From Diadema antillarum (taxonomy: Eukaryota), in the NCBI RefSeq assembly GCF_040938485.1, contig NW_027272283.1, positions 124,001-188,000 of the forward strand: 64,000 nt of DNA. The letters run 5' to 3'. A model generated the notes under the pieces. That model searched no databases. It was not told the origin of the DNA and saw only the letters and a program-made list of their open reading frames with translations. This document shows positions 52,140-64,000 of the stretch, piece after piece (within the stretch, counting starts at the first letter, position 1; every line of letters starts with the position of its first letter). The translations under genes and the position numbers were made by a program.

Positions 52140-52210
52140 TTCAAAGCGGTTCAGGCAGACCTAAGCTCGATTATCCAGCAGACCAATTGTTCAACCCTGT
52201 ATGTGCATGG

Positions 52211-52260
<50 letters not shown>

Positions 52261-53056
52261 GCATTATCAATGAAATCCCTATTCATTTTCATCATGTTTA
52301 TGTTGGATGGCGATGACATATTGTCATAACCATAACAGTGAACGTTTAAAGCATCTGTGTGAAAATGCTACTAGTTTGTATTGTACTATTTTACGCAGTC
52401 CTCTATGTAATGAGAAAGTGCAGTATATGATCAATATTGATCGATTTTCGTAGTGTAAACAGAAATGAGCTGAATATGAATGCCATGGGATGTTCTTTCT
52501 GTTAGACTGATTGTATTTCCAACAGTCTGAAATATACACGGGCACAACAAAACAGGAAGTAAGCCATCTGGTGCAAGAGGACGTTGTCTCTCCCATGACC
52601 CATTAGTCTAATCTGTATCCTACTCTCTCTTTAACACAATACTGACAATTATTGGAACCTTAACTGTTAATGTGTTAATTTGGGCTTTTATTTAATTCAC
52701 TCCTAATAGCATACCATTGTTCATTCGACAGGTGGTTGACGAATCTTTAGTTAGGAGAGAGGCAGGTCAGGATCACTCTGACAGGTCTGAGAATGACAAG
52801 TGACTATGACAGAAGATTTGTCTTTTATCGCTAAAATCGTTTTCTTTATTAAAAACGACAATACTAACTTCGAGGTCAATATCAAATGAAAATCCTTCAG
52901 ATTAGCATTGACTCAGAAAGAACATAACACTGCAGTTGTCCAGAACAGTTCACATGCCACAGTGAACAAATTTAAAGTAAACAATTCACGCATATTAAAT
53001 ATTTCTGTGACCATATTTCTGTAGATATTACTCTACTGAATTTATTTCACATTATG

Positions 53057-53108
<52 letters not shown>

Positions 53109-53374
53109 AATATATATATATGTATATGTATTGAATCACAACAGTATTGATTCTCAACTCCGTGAGAGACGTAGTTTTCATATTGAACTATACTGTTGTG
53201 AATCAATAATTTCTTGGATTCCGAGCAGAAAGATATATATACATTACATATATAATAATTATGTATAGTAAAAAACTTTAGGCAAAGAAAATGGATGGAA
53301 ACCCATTTTCTTTCCTCAAAGTCCTCACTATCTATATTTGTTTCTGGTCAGTTTTCCTTCTTTGTTTCAATATA

Positions 53375-54412
53375 CACTCAGCAAAAAAAGTAAGTTTCCC
53401 CCTAGCATTTGTGGATATATCTCAAAAAGTATTTAACCGATTTTCATAATTCAAACGGAAATGGATAAAGAATTTTATTACTCATAACATGAGTGGAAAA
53501 TCATTGCCACCAGATATCATTATTGGTGTGAAAAAAATGCATTTTATGTCAAAATGCATGGAAACAAAAGTTGCACTTTAGTGATTTGCAATGACTTTTA
53601 CACAAATAATCAAACAATCACTCATGATTCTGAACATTTCAGCATGGGTGATTGCATATTTCTCTATCTCTTTCTTTTCATGAGCATATAGTGAAGTATT
53701 TGATAATTGATATGTCCACCACCCGCAATGACCAGCCGCCATCTCCTCCTCAAACTGTTAACTAAAGTTTGTACTTGGCGCTGCTCAATGTTGGTCTATG
53801 CTCTCTGCAAGATGCGCTGAAATTCTTGCAGTGAAGTGTCATCTTTCAACTTCTTGCTCGCTTTCCACTTAATGATATCCCAAAGATCCTCTACTGGATT
53901 ACAGTCAGGGGATCTTGCAGGCCACTCCATACGTTCGATGCCATTTCCCTCAGCAAACTGATCTACAACTTGAGGGCATGATGCAAAATGCCCACAGGCA
54001 CATTAATGTGATCAACCTGAATTGGAATTACAAATCACATGACTTCTACCAATATTTTCATATTGAGAAGGCCTATTGTTCAAAAAGTATGCATAACATC
54101 TGTTTAATAGGGAAGCACATTGTACCTGAAGAAATTCCTGAGAATTACACAATTTAAAAAGATCATTTGATAACTTACATAGGAAATGTATACAATATGC
54201 TCTCTATGGCCTAAAGTGCAACTTTTTTTCCCATGCATTTTGACATAAAATGCGATTTTTTACACCAATAATGATATCTGGTGGCAATGATATGCCATTC
54301 ATGTTATGAGTAATGAAATTCCCTATATCCATTCCCGTTCGAATTATGAACATCCGTAAAATACTTTTTGAGATATATCCAAAAATGGGGAACTTACTTT
54401 TTTTGCTGAGTG
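53375..54412 (-). mobile_element. Tc1-family deletion derivative (1038 bp) with ~210-bp TIRs and a transposase C-terminal relic
   Basis: TA|CACTCAGCAAAAAAAGTAAG ... CTTACTTTTTTTGCTGAGTG|TA. Minus-strand 53966-53710 reads IERMEWPARSPDCNPVEDLWDIIK...LQRA*TNI..LVNSLRRRWRLVIAGGGHINY (Tc1 WPxxSPDLNPIE motif, one stop). Confidence 0.92.
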
Positions 54413-54419
54413 TATATAT

Positions 54420-54455
<36 letters not shown>

Positions 54456-54765
54456 TGTGTGTGTGTGGGGGGGTATGTATGTATTGTTTCGAACTGGCTG
54501 TAGTTAGGTAACTTATAAAGTTACATTCAGAGAAATGGAAGTGACAAGCCATGATTGTACACGTATGTACGTCAAAGTTTGCATTTATTAAGTGTAGAGA
54601 AGGATAAAACACACCCCGAGCTCTGTAGATCATGAATAAGCGTATATATGGCATAGGTGTATGATCATAAGTTTGCAGCATACATGATTAATCTTCAAAA
54701 TTTCTACTTTGTTCGTCATGGAAGGGAAGAGAAGCAACGAAGGAACATTGAGTTACATCTGATCC

Positions 54766-57403
54766 CTATGATCTTTTGTTAGCGGTACTCTCAACTAGTT
54801 CCGCTGCTGGTATTTCGGGGAACTCGGGAGGAGGGGGCGTGGTTCGCATTTTCGGAGTTGATCTCGATGAGGTCGACGAGGTTGTCATGGTTGTGGTATC
54901 TCGATCGCAGTCTCCAAACAACCACAACCACCACCAAGGTCGTCGATGTCCATGGTTGTTGAAGTCGGTTTTGCCCTCGGTTCGTCCATTGAAGCCGTTA
55001 CCCCAACCTCGACCAGCGCCGGGTTTGGATCCGTGAGTCTGGCCCGAAGTGCCGGTTCCCTGCCAGTCCCATCGCCCGAACCATCGGTCAAGGGGATGTC
55101 GATGTCTGGTCGTCGCCTGAGAGGCGCCTCGGTCAGATTTAGAGTTTGGCGGAAGCAAACCATCTCGTTCCCATGGCAACAAATGACCGTCTGCCTTCAC
55201 AAGGCCGGGTGGCAGGTGGTCCCGTTGCTGCCAAAAGGCAGCCGGTGACTCGGCGACTGGTTGTTGTCGGGCTGGTGATGGTTTCGCCAGAACAGCTTTC
55301 GAAAAGAGCAAGGGAAGATATCAAGTTCGTTTGAATCTCTTCACACATATCCCATTCAACTTGACTGAATACAATCACAGTATTTACAGACGTTACTGCC
55401 TGCCCCTTTGAATTCTTCTTTGAGTATGTGCGCCACGAATCGTGTATTTGCCATGTGGCTAGGTCAATCGATAACAATTAACCTTAATTCAATAAATTTT
55501 ATATCAGGTGGGTGTGTGAAATCAAATTGAATTTACTCTACTTTATTGCAATCATTTCACAATTAAATACAACGCACGTTATTGGACAGAATGCTAGAAG
55601 TATCTAAATACGAAAAAAAATAGGCATCAACCAGAAAAAGGAAATGAAACGAAGTAGGCATTGATAAAGAACACAAAATTGGTAAATAACGCGTTATAAG
55701 TCTACAACGACTAAAGCTGATTTATGACAGAACCAAATAAAAGCAATGCTTGGAGATAGTACTCGTCTGTATAGAATATCAACATTCTTTAAAAACGAAT
55801 AACTCATGAAGATAATGATATGCAGTGTCTACTTATTTATTACTTCCACTGATAAACAAGAGGGAAAATATGGTGAAAAATTTCATGTCTACTTCGCTTT
55901 ATAGTAAGCACCTCTATGACAACAATATGGGAGTCAGAAAAGACAAACACACAACGCACACATGAGCACACATGAGCACACACTCACACACACACACACA
56001 CGAGACAACAAATTATATGAGTGATGAATGGAAATTAAAGTAAATGAATGATACTATGTCAAATACCTCAAAATCACATTAGATAGCGGAAGTTTAAGCA
56101 GGAAACTTCATTGCTTTTAGTGCCGAAGTTTTGCAAAATGTGCCATGACAACTAACTCCCATGGCAAGGAGAGGTGTCCACGGTAGTTGAGCATTTGGTG
56201 GAGTACAATAAATCAAGATTTCAGGACCTGTGTACAAATATTTTTCAGTGGCTTTTTTCACTCTGCCAATATTGTTGGAATAATCAATTTGTGGAATAGG
56301 ATTGCACTGAATAAATACATAATTCGTCGAAGGTGCTTTCACCTAACTTAAAGCATATCATATTTATGGATTCAGAAATGTTTTAGCTTGAATTTCGTAA
56401 ATATGAGTTCTTTGAAATATTAGTGTTTGTCCAATATTTTCAAAAAATTTAGTGAATGCGAACATTCCTGTTTCAAGTTAGCTTTCACACCTCATTAAAC
56501 TCATTTGTAGTAGATGTTTCCACTGTAATAGTTCATACTTGTTTCCCACAACTGTGTCTTTGTCAAGGGGAGAAAGCAAAACCACCTCGCCGTAAAAGCC
56601 GGGACGAGCTAGGCTAACAATGGCTTGTCCAACCGTACGAGTCACAATTGAGGTAACTGAAACCAAGCCACTTGCAACAGAATTTATTTCCCCATCAAAC
56701 ATTTAGATAACACCTGGCATACAGGCAGACAGCAAATATACAAATTAAAATGGAGGAATCACAAAAAGCCCACAAAGAGGCTTGTTGACAGTGACTCCGG
56801 GATACAAAATTTAATAACGTATATTAGATATACAAAGAAAAATCATCAACCAGAATCACGCTTAAAACATTAAAGATACGAAGTGCACAGGAAAAGTAAA
56901 AAAGCGAATTTCGACTGCAAATCTCACGAATTACATTTATTATTCAAGCTTATCAAATAACTGACTTTTATAAAGTCTATTGAATTGATTAAAAATCTGA
57001 TGAAAATTTATTTGAATTTGACATATTATTTTCGTATATTTACGCGGTTCACCTTTATTGCATTTCTCGGTTTGATTTCCAAGAATATATCGCACAGTGT
57101 TTATAGACCAGTTTATCGACATGTTCAAGTTTTATGCATGCCTTCTGACAATGACTCTTCTTGAAAACCGGAAAGCCCGACGTAGCAACAAAACTTTTCA
57201 ATACCTGCAAACCTGTTTCCAGGTATTGAAAAGTGTTATTGAAGTACAAGTATTTCAATAACTCGTTACTAGTCAGGACGGAAAAGCATTCATAATTTTT
57301 GATATGTTATCAAACGGTCTGTTGATCGTCAGGCCCTAGTTACCTACTCACCGACAACAAATATCAGCACAAAGGCCAAGACTCTTCCATCGAAGAAGAA
57401 CAT
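54766..57403 (-). CDS. Secreted Trp/Gly/Pro/Thr-rich protein D, 193 aa; join(minus 57403..57352, 55295..54766)
   Basis: The signal exon MFFFDGRVLAFVLIFVV ends in a phase-1 GTGAGT donor and joins a pyrimidine-rich GAAAG acceptor, giving ...FVVAVLA|KPSP; 52+530=582 nt to TAG. TATAAAA upstream at 57552-57546; AATAAA (minus) at 54584-54589. Confidence 0.88.
56478..57258 (-). mobile_element. Possible highly decayed Mutator-like transposase relic in the intron of gene D
   Basis: Short ORFs ETGLQVLKSFVATSGFPVFKKSHCQK and MFDGEINSVASGLVSVTSIVT only loosely resemble the G...L..F.A..G.P and FDG...S..G.VSV.SI.T patterns of Mutator-like domains. Confidence 0.25.
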
Positions 57404-57545
57404 AATTTCTCGACACTCCTTGGGCTCAAGCGTTTGGAAAGGATTCTTGCCTGGTATGACTGGGCTGTAATCAAAGTGTGAAACGTGCTGTCCCTCTCAA
57501 GTCACACTGTGATGCTCAGTGTTACGTGCGAAATATATTGGTGAC

Positions 57546-57552
57546 TTTTATA
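57546..57552 (-). promoter_or_regulatory. TATA box of gene D
   Basis: TATAAAA on the minus strand, ~145 nt upstream of the ATG at 57403. Confidence 0.5.
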
Positions 57553-57812
57553 CGATATAACATAACGACAAACAAATCTATGACTAGTCGAAACTTACAA
57601 CCCGTGACCAGACAACACTCATAGCCCCGCCCCCATCATTCCGCACTGTCACTGAATGCAAACCATGGAGATATGCATAAATGTAAACACATAACAGCAT
57701 AAAGAGTTTTTAAAAACACATTGACCACGTTAATGAACCCCATGGGATTCACGTTCTCTTTTAAAAATAATCAAAACAGCTGACCATTCAATTTACCAAG
57801 ATGGCGTTGAGT

Positions 57813-58291
57813 ACTATAGGGCTCACACCCATAAATATTTTCCCATAGGGACGTGTGTTAAAAATCAAATTTCAAAAAATTCTGTAAAATAGCTGGGAGA
57901 AATGAGGTGTTTCAGCTTCACTAACCTGGATAAGTTAGATAGACCCTTTCATCCATCAAATTCTCAGGGTGGATAATTCAGTTCATATTCTGTTCAGGGG
58001 TACGAAAAGCCAGACTACGAGTTCTTGTCACTCAAAAAGTCACCCATTTTCCGTGCACGTACCCAATGAAATATAGTCCCCTCAAATTCCACCAGAAAAG
58101 CTTTCATCTTCTAACCAAAATGCAATTTGTAGAGGAATTCATACTCAATATCTACAGCTATTCAGTTTTTTGCCAAACTGCATCATTGATTTTTAATTAA
58201 TTTTTTTCTTCATTTATTTTGGTATCTTTGGTACGAATTTGTGAAGGGGTTTCGGACATTCCATTGTATTTACGGGTGTGAGCCCTATAGT
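57813..58291. mobile_element. MITE (~480 bp) with 25-bp TIRs, immediately upstream of gene D
   Basis: ACTATAGGGCTCACACCCATAAATA at the left and TATTTACGGGTGTGAGCCCTATAGT at the right (1 mismatch). Confidence 0.8.
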
Positions 58292-59439
58292 GAAGGTCAT
58301 ATTTCTCATTTGACTTTTAAACATCATAAATGTGTTTTTGATGATATTTGCACCTACATCATATGTGTGGCGCTCCGACAAAATGAGTCATAAGTCGCAC
58401 GGGGAGTTTTCCCGTAATGAGCCGAAAATGAAGGGGAAGCACTGCTCGGGTCGAAATTTTTTTATCACGGATTTTGATTCCTTTATGTTTTATCTGTTTG
58501 TACAGAAAATTTCAGCGTGTAAAAATGAGTACAAGTGTCCCAAATCACAGTTTTTCTGAGACAATTTTTTCGGTTACATTTTTTTCGAACGCTCGCCTTT
58601 GCGTTGCGTCTCGCACCTATTGTTCTTGCCAGATCGAGACTCCGCCTCCGTTGCTAGGGTGTATGCTAATGAGGCATTGCTCTTGACCCCATTGAAGACA
58701 AAACAAAGCATGGTGCGCGCGGCGGCGGCGGCGTCGGCGGCCAAGCGGCGAGGGCTATAGAATTACGCAATAATAGTGAGCTGACCAAGGCTATTGATTG
58801 CATGACCAGCGAGTTTCGTTTGATACATGCACTCCATTTCATGAAGTGGTGATTGACATGACGCACAAATCGCACTGAAAAAATTAATTCCAACGAACGA
58901 TCACGCAAAATTTATGATACTTTATCTATGAGCTAATACAATGATCACATATCGAACTTTAAACCTTTTTATGCGTGTGTGTACTTTTACAACGGTTATT
59001 AATTGGCCTCATTAATGAATTTATTCAAATAATCATAACTTTCGTTCCTTGGTATGTGACTCGCTGTTTAAAGTTCATCTCTAGAGATACACGTAGGGCC
59101 TAAGTTGTCAATTATACTCGTTTTTATAAAGTCGACAATTTGTGTGATAATTCGCCAAATGTATGTAATGCGTTCTATTATTTCCCTGGTTAATAAAACT
59201 TATTGCCTTATTTCTTATGATGGTTTGGGCCGTGACGGCATGGAGAGAAATCGGAAGACAAACATTATTAATGCCCAGATAGCTCGTGTTCCCTTTGGAG
59301 GATATTCTGACTCTTGTCATTTTAGACCGGGGGCCCAGAAGATTTATTCAGCTGAAAAGGGTCACACTTTTTAATGGTCTCATCGTATACGGATGTGGCC
59401 AAGGGTCAATAAAATGAATTGCTGGCAAGTCACATCCTG

Positions 59440-60969
59440 TACCATAAGCCTAGGGACCACAAAAAGGGACCCCGAAAAATGGATTTATTCAGCCGAAGGG
59501 GGTCACGGACAAAAGTTGGTGGCTATTGTTCCTTTGGGTGTACTTATCATGAAAACAGCAATGCCAGCTATTTTATCCTGTACGGGGCCCCAGACAGTAG
59601 CCCCAAAGGGCCCCACAAATATGGTGTTATTCAGCTGAAAAGGGTCACGGCCAATTTCTTTTGCAATGGAAGTAGTTCCCATCAGAGATATCCAAAACAC
59701 CCATGCCAGCTATTTTATCCTGTACGAGGCCCCAGACAGTAGCCCCAAAGGGCCCCACCCCCATAGGCCCTACGTACAAACACACACAAACATTGATTTC
59801 ATTCAGTTAAAAAGAGTAACGGCTAATTTCTTTTGCAATGGAAGTAGTTCCCATCAGAGATATCCAAAACACCAATGCCAGCTATTTCATCCTGTACGGG
59901 GCCCCAGACAGTAGCCCCAAAGTGCCCCACCCCCATAGGCCATACGTACAAACACACACAAACATTGATTTTATTCGTGCAGCTGAGAAGAGTCACGGCT
60001 AATTTCTTTTGCAATGGAAGGAGTACCCATCAGAGATATCAAAAACGTCAAAGCCAGCTATCTTATCCAGTAAGGGGCCCCTGACAGTAGCCCCAAAGGA
60101 GCCCCCCCCCCCCCCCGGCACACACGCACATATAGTTTCATTCAGCTAAAAAGGGTCACGGCTAATTTCTTTTGCAATGGAAGTAGAACCCATCAGAGAT
60201 ATCCAAAATACCAAAGCCAGTTATTTCATCCTGCACGGGGCCCCAGACAGTAGCCCAAAATGCCCCCTCCCCCTCCCCCCCCCCCCCCCCACACACACAC
60301 ACACCTTGATTTTATTCAGCTGAAAAGGGTCACGGCTAATTTCTTGTGCAATTTAAGTGGTACTCATCAGAGATATCCAAAACACCAAAGCCAGCTATTA
60401 TCCTGTACGGGACCCCAGACAGTAGCCCCAAAGTGCCCCCCCCCCCCACACACACACACACGCACACACACGCACATTACTTTCATTCAGCTGAAAAGGG
60501 TCACGGTTAATTTCTTTTGCAATGGAAGTAGTACCCATCATATCCAAAATACCAAAGCCAGCTATTTTATCCTGTACGGGGCCCCAGTCAGTATAGCCCC
60601 AAATTGCTCCCTCCCCCCCCCCCCCTCCCCCACATACACACATTGATTTTATTCTGCTGAAAAGGGTCATGGCTACTTTCTTTTGCAATCGGAAGTAGTA
60701 GGCATACTCATCAGAGATATCCAAAACACTAAAGCTAGTTATCTTATCCTGTACGGGGCCCACACAGTAGCCCCAAAGTGCACCCCTACACACACACACA
60801 CACGCACACACACACATTAGTTTCATTCAGCCACAAAGGGTTACGGCTAATTTCTTTTGCAATGGAAGTATAAATAGTACCCATCAGAGATGTCCAAAGC
60901 ACCAAAGCCAGTTATTTTATCCTGTACGGGGCCCCAGACAGTAGCCCCAAAGTGCCCCCCCCCCCCTCT

Positions 60970-61019
<50 letters not shown>

Positions 61020-61640
61020 TAGTTTCATTCAGCTGAAAAGGGTCACGGCTAAGTTCTTTTGCAATGGAAGTAGTACCCATCAGAGATATCCAAAATACCA
61101 AAGCCAGTTATTTTATCCTGTACGGCTGCCCAGACAGTATAGCCCCAAACACGGGTAATTTCTTTTGCACTGGAAGAAGTACCTATCAGAGATATTCAAC
61201 ACACCAAGGCCAGTTATTTTATTCTGTACAGAGCCCCAGACAGTAGCTCCACAGTGTCCCATCCATTATACATGTACTGTGAATCAGCTGCAAATGGTCT
61301 TACAAATTCTTTTGTAACGTAAATATCAGGGCCTACTGAACAGAGATATCACATACACCAAAGCAAGTCATCTTATCCTGTATACGGAGTCCTATAGGTT
61401 ACAGTAGCAAAACACCAAGAAATTTGCAAAGGAAGCATACTTCTGTATAGTGCACAACCGAGATGACCATACGAAAACCAGTCATTTCATCCTGTACTGG
61501 GCCCAGTGCAGAAGCCATAAAGTGCCCCTCCCCCACATAATTATTATGACATCATTTAGCTGAAAAGAGTCATAATTGTTTTTTCTTTTACAATCGAAGT
61601 ATGCCTTAGTTTACATCATAGATACCCAAAACATCAAAGC
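59440..61640. repeat. Tandem satellite, ~165-200-bp unit with an embedded variable poly-C/(CA)n linker; about 13 copies plus a diverged copy at ~62700-62950
   Basis: Core TTCAGCTGAAAAGGGTCACGGCTAATTTCTTTTGCAATGGAAGTAGTACCCATCAGAGATATCCAAAACACCAAAGCCAGCTATTTTATCCTGTACGGGGCCCCAGACAGTAGCCCCAAAG recurs near 59490, 59630, 59800, 59975, 60137, 60312, 60483, 60650, 60822, 61025, 61155, 61283 and 61555. Confidence 0.95.
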
Positions 61641-61648
61641 CAGTTAGG

Positions 61649-62690
61649 GTTTCCCAGCCAATTTCGCACTTTTGTCGGTTCATTTGATAGAAGGTTCGAA
61701 TTCGTAAAATGGGTATTCAAATTGGCTGGTACCATACGTTCATTCAAATTCGCCTTGACTTGCCGAAAAGAGTATTTCAGTCATTAAATTTCGCGAAAGA
61801 CAGTCAAATTCCAAACGTGTTCATTCAAATTCAAATCATGCTATTTCTGTGTTTCAGATCATTTTAACGGGTTTTTCTATGTGTGTTTTCGTTTCATCTT
61901 TAAATTACTGTTAAAAAGCAGTAAAAGTATCATATTTCTTATCTAGTATAACTGGATTTGGTTGTTCTGTAACCAGACTGGTAACGCTCCTTCTCTTTCA
62001 TATACATGTCATTATAGGCCTATACGTGTACCAGTAATGCAGATTAACTTCATTTTTTATAGTCATGACAGCACAATAGATACAGACATAATACAACTAT
62101 ATCTCTAGAAGACATAGAAAGAATTATTTAAAAAAAAATTGAGGATCATAACCTTGACTTCCTGGAACTGACCGACCGCTCGTAATAAAGCGCTCGTAAC
62201 GGCCAGATAATTTGTGGCTTCTTACTTCTTCGGATTCAAAAAGCACGTTAAAAAAAAATGGTGTCAAAGTCTCTTAAACGAATGCGAAAACATGAAAAGC
62301 TATGATGCTTAAAAAACAATAACTACGATGAAAGAAAATAAGGAAAGAGGTCAAACATGAACATATCTGTTTAATTGACTGCAGAACATGCTAAATTAGA
62401 TGGCCAGAAATCAATTTGAATGAACGAGCGCAGCATGTGATCACGTGACTATATCATTATGAATTTATGAATGAACGGATAGTGGAATGGTGCTTGTCTT
62501 ATATATGGATTTCAGTTGAAAAAAGTGTTATTCAGAATAAGGTTTGAGGTAATGTGAATGTTTCAAAATGAATTTGAATGAAGAGATTATGACATTGAAC
62601 TACCATGTCATCTAGGCGAAATTTTTGCTAAATTTAATTCAACATTAAATAATTCGATTAAAAGAGGTGCGAAATTGGCCCGGATGCAGG
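61649..62690. mobile_element. Probable MITE insertion splitting the last satellite unit
   Basis: The satellite stops at CAAAGCCAGTTA and resumes near GGGCC..GACAGGTATAGCCCC. The insert has inverted subterminal GCCAATTTCGCAC / GTGCGAAATTGGC and CAAATTC subrepeats. Confidence 0.45.
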
Positions 62691-62959
62691 GCCTTTGACA
62701 GGTATAGCCCCAGGGTATTCCCACCCCATATGAATTAAGTGTTTTTAGGTGAAAAGAGTCATGTATGCCTATTTTCCTTGGCAGTGGAATTAACAGCTGA
62801 GATACGTAAAGCACAAACCCATCCAGTTAAGGGGCCCCCAGCCAGTAGCTGGAAAGTGCTCCCGTATTATTTTATTCTAAGTGAAAAGAATCACTGCTAT
62901 AATTTCTTTTGCAATGAAAGTAGTACTCAACGAGGTATCAAAACCACCGAAACCAGTTC

Positions 62960-62960
<1 letters not shown>

Positions 62961-63015
<55 letters not shown>

Positions 63016-63345
63016 TGATAATAATAATAATAATAATAATAATAATAGTAATATATCAATTTATAAAGCGCAAAACCTATAGACATATATTCTTCTGCGC
63101 TGCAAAAGCTTCTGATGTGCTTAATAATAACGAACAATTAAATGAAAAGATGTGTTTTGAGTCGTGATTTAAGGACTGCTACTGTTGGGCATTTCCGGAC
63201 TTCTAATGGTATACGATTCCAGAGATTGGGAGCTGCACAGGCAAATGCTCTGTCTCCCAAAGTTACCTTTGTTTCACGTGTTGGAATCTGTAAAAGAAGA
63301 GTGTCCTTAGAACTGCGCAAATTATGAGTATGTCGATGAGATTTA
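62961..63345 (-). mobile_element. 3' end of an L2-type LINE with a (TAT)n tail
   Basis: Minus-strand HNLRSSKDTLLLQIP..TLGDRAFACAAPNLWNRIPLEVRKCPTVAVLKSRLKTHLF is the canonical L2 ORF2 C-terminus, followed by a short UTR and a (TAT)n tail (plus-strand AAT run 62961-63048). Confidence 0.88.
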
Positions 63346-64000
63346 TATACATGTAGCTGTGTGGGGCCCCACGGAGTGTTCCTAAAGTGTCCCCACATGT
63401 AATTCCACTATCAAGATCTGCATCCCGATCTATTCAATCTGTCAGATCGGGAGAGAGCGGCAAAAGTGTACGGGGACCGGAAGCATCATAGCAGCAGCGT
63501 TTGGGTGATGGGGTTGGATCTGGCAAGTTTACAGATCGGGAAGAAATTTTGAACTGGTTCAAAATTTCTTCCCCATCTCCCCATCAAGATTGACCTATTT
63601 TGAATCGTAGCTAAAACGGGGAAAGAGCAGTGACAGTGTAAATACCGGTTTTTCTGACCGTAGTAACAGCGGCACAAGAACGGGACTAGACACCGACGAC
63701 AAGGTCCCGCTGCTCCGCCGCTTTCTTGATCAAAGCACGACCTTCCCGATTTAACGACGCTCTCACTGAGTTCTCTACTCTCGTATAAAATCAAGGCCTG
63801 TTCCTACGACGCTTCATTCCTGTTTCGATAACGCTGTTGGCCGCTTTAGCTACGCTGTTCCTACGCTTTCCCAGACTCAATGACGCATGTCTTCCGCTCT
63901 CGCCGCTCTAAAATCGAACGTAGCCGATACGCTGGAAAATGTTTGCCAGAACAGCAAAACTGATGATGAGGAGGACGTTGTCGTTGTCGCGAAAATGAAG

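Noticed and set aside
58600-58760. CpG-rich GCGGCGGCGG patch as a gene promoter or first exon
   Set aside because: No ORF or splice donor follows; it lies between a MITE and the satellite and is more likely the core of a repeat.
59440-61640. CRISPR-like array (conserved repeat plus variable spacer)
   Set aside because: Eukaryotic context, a repeat of more than 120 bp, spacers that are only poly-C/(CA)n, and no cas genes.
62739-63167. Poly-Ile and poly-Tyr ORFs
   Set aside because: Translation of the (AAT)n LINE tail.

Overview
AT-rich eukaryotic genomic DNA with GT-AG introns, many microsatellites and one 163-N gap. An invertebrate deuterostome, probably an echinoderm, is inferred from the repeat landscape and GPCR type; this is not proven. 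Genes reconstructed by hand from splice sites: (1) a minus-strand protein with an N-terminal ubiquitin-like domain and a multi-pass membrane region, running off the left edge; (2) a two-exon class A, muscarinic/histamine-like GPCR (535 aa); (3) a ~24-kb cluster (33.2-57.4 kb) of four unrecognised secreted precursor genes, plus a weaker fifth candidate. Each of the four has a short signal-peptide exon, a phase-1 intron and one large low-complexity exon with dibasic/furin sites. They encode a 184-aa multi-peptide precursor, an 82-aa pyroGlu-peptide-like precursor, a 933-aa Lys-block/Met-rich glycoprotein and a 193-aa Trp-rich protein. The ORF track shows only their second exons. The rest is mobile or repetitive DNA: Harbinger-type MITEs, a near-perfect 796-bp foldback palindrome with a 4-bp TSD, a Tc1 deletion derivative, L2/CR1 LINE relics, a SINE, a tRNA-like element, a 16-bp minisatellite and a ~170-bp satellite. 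The secreted cluster is the main candidate for an undescribed system. No database searches were possible, so all novelty claims are provisional.
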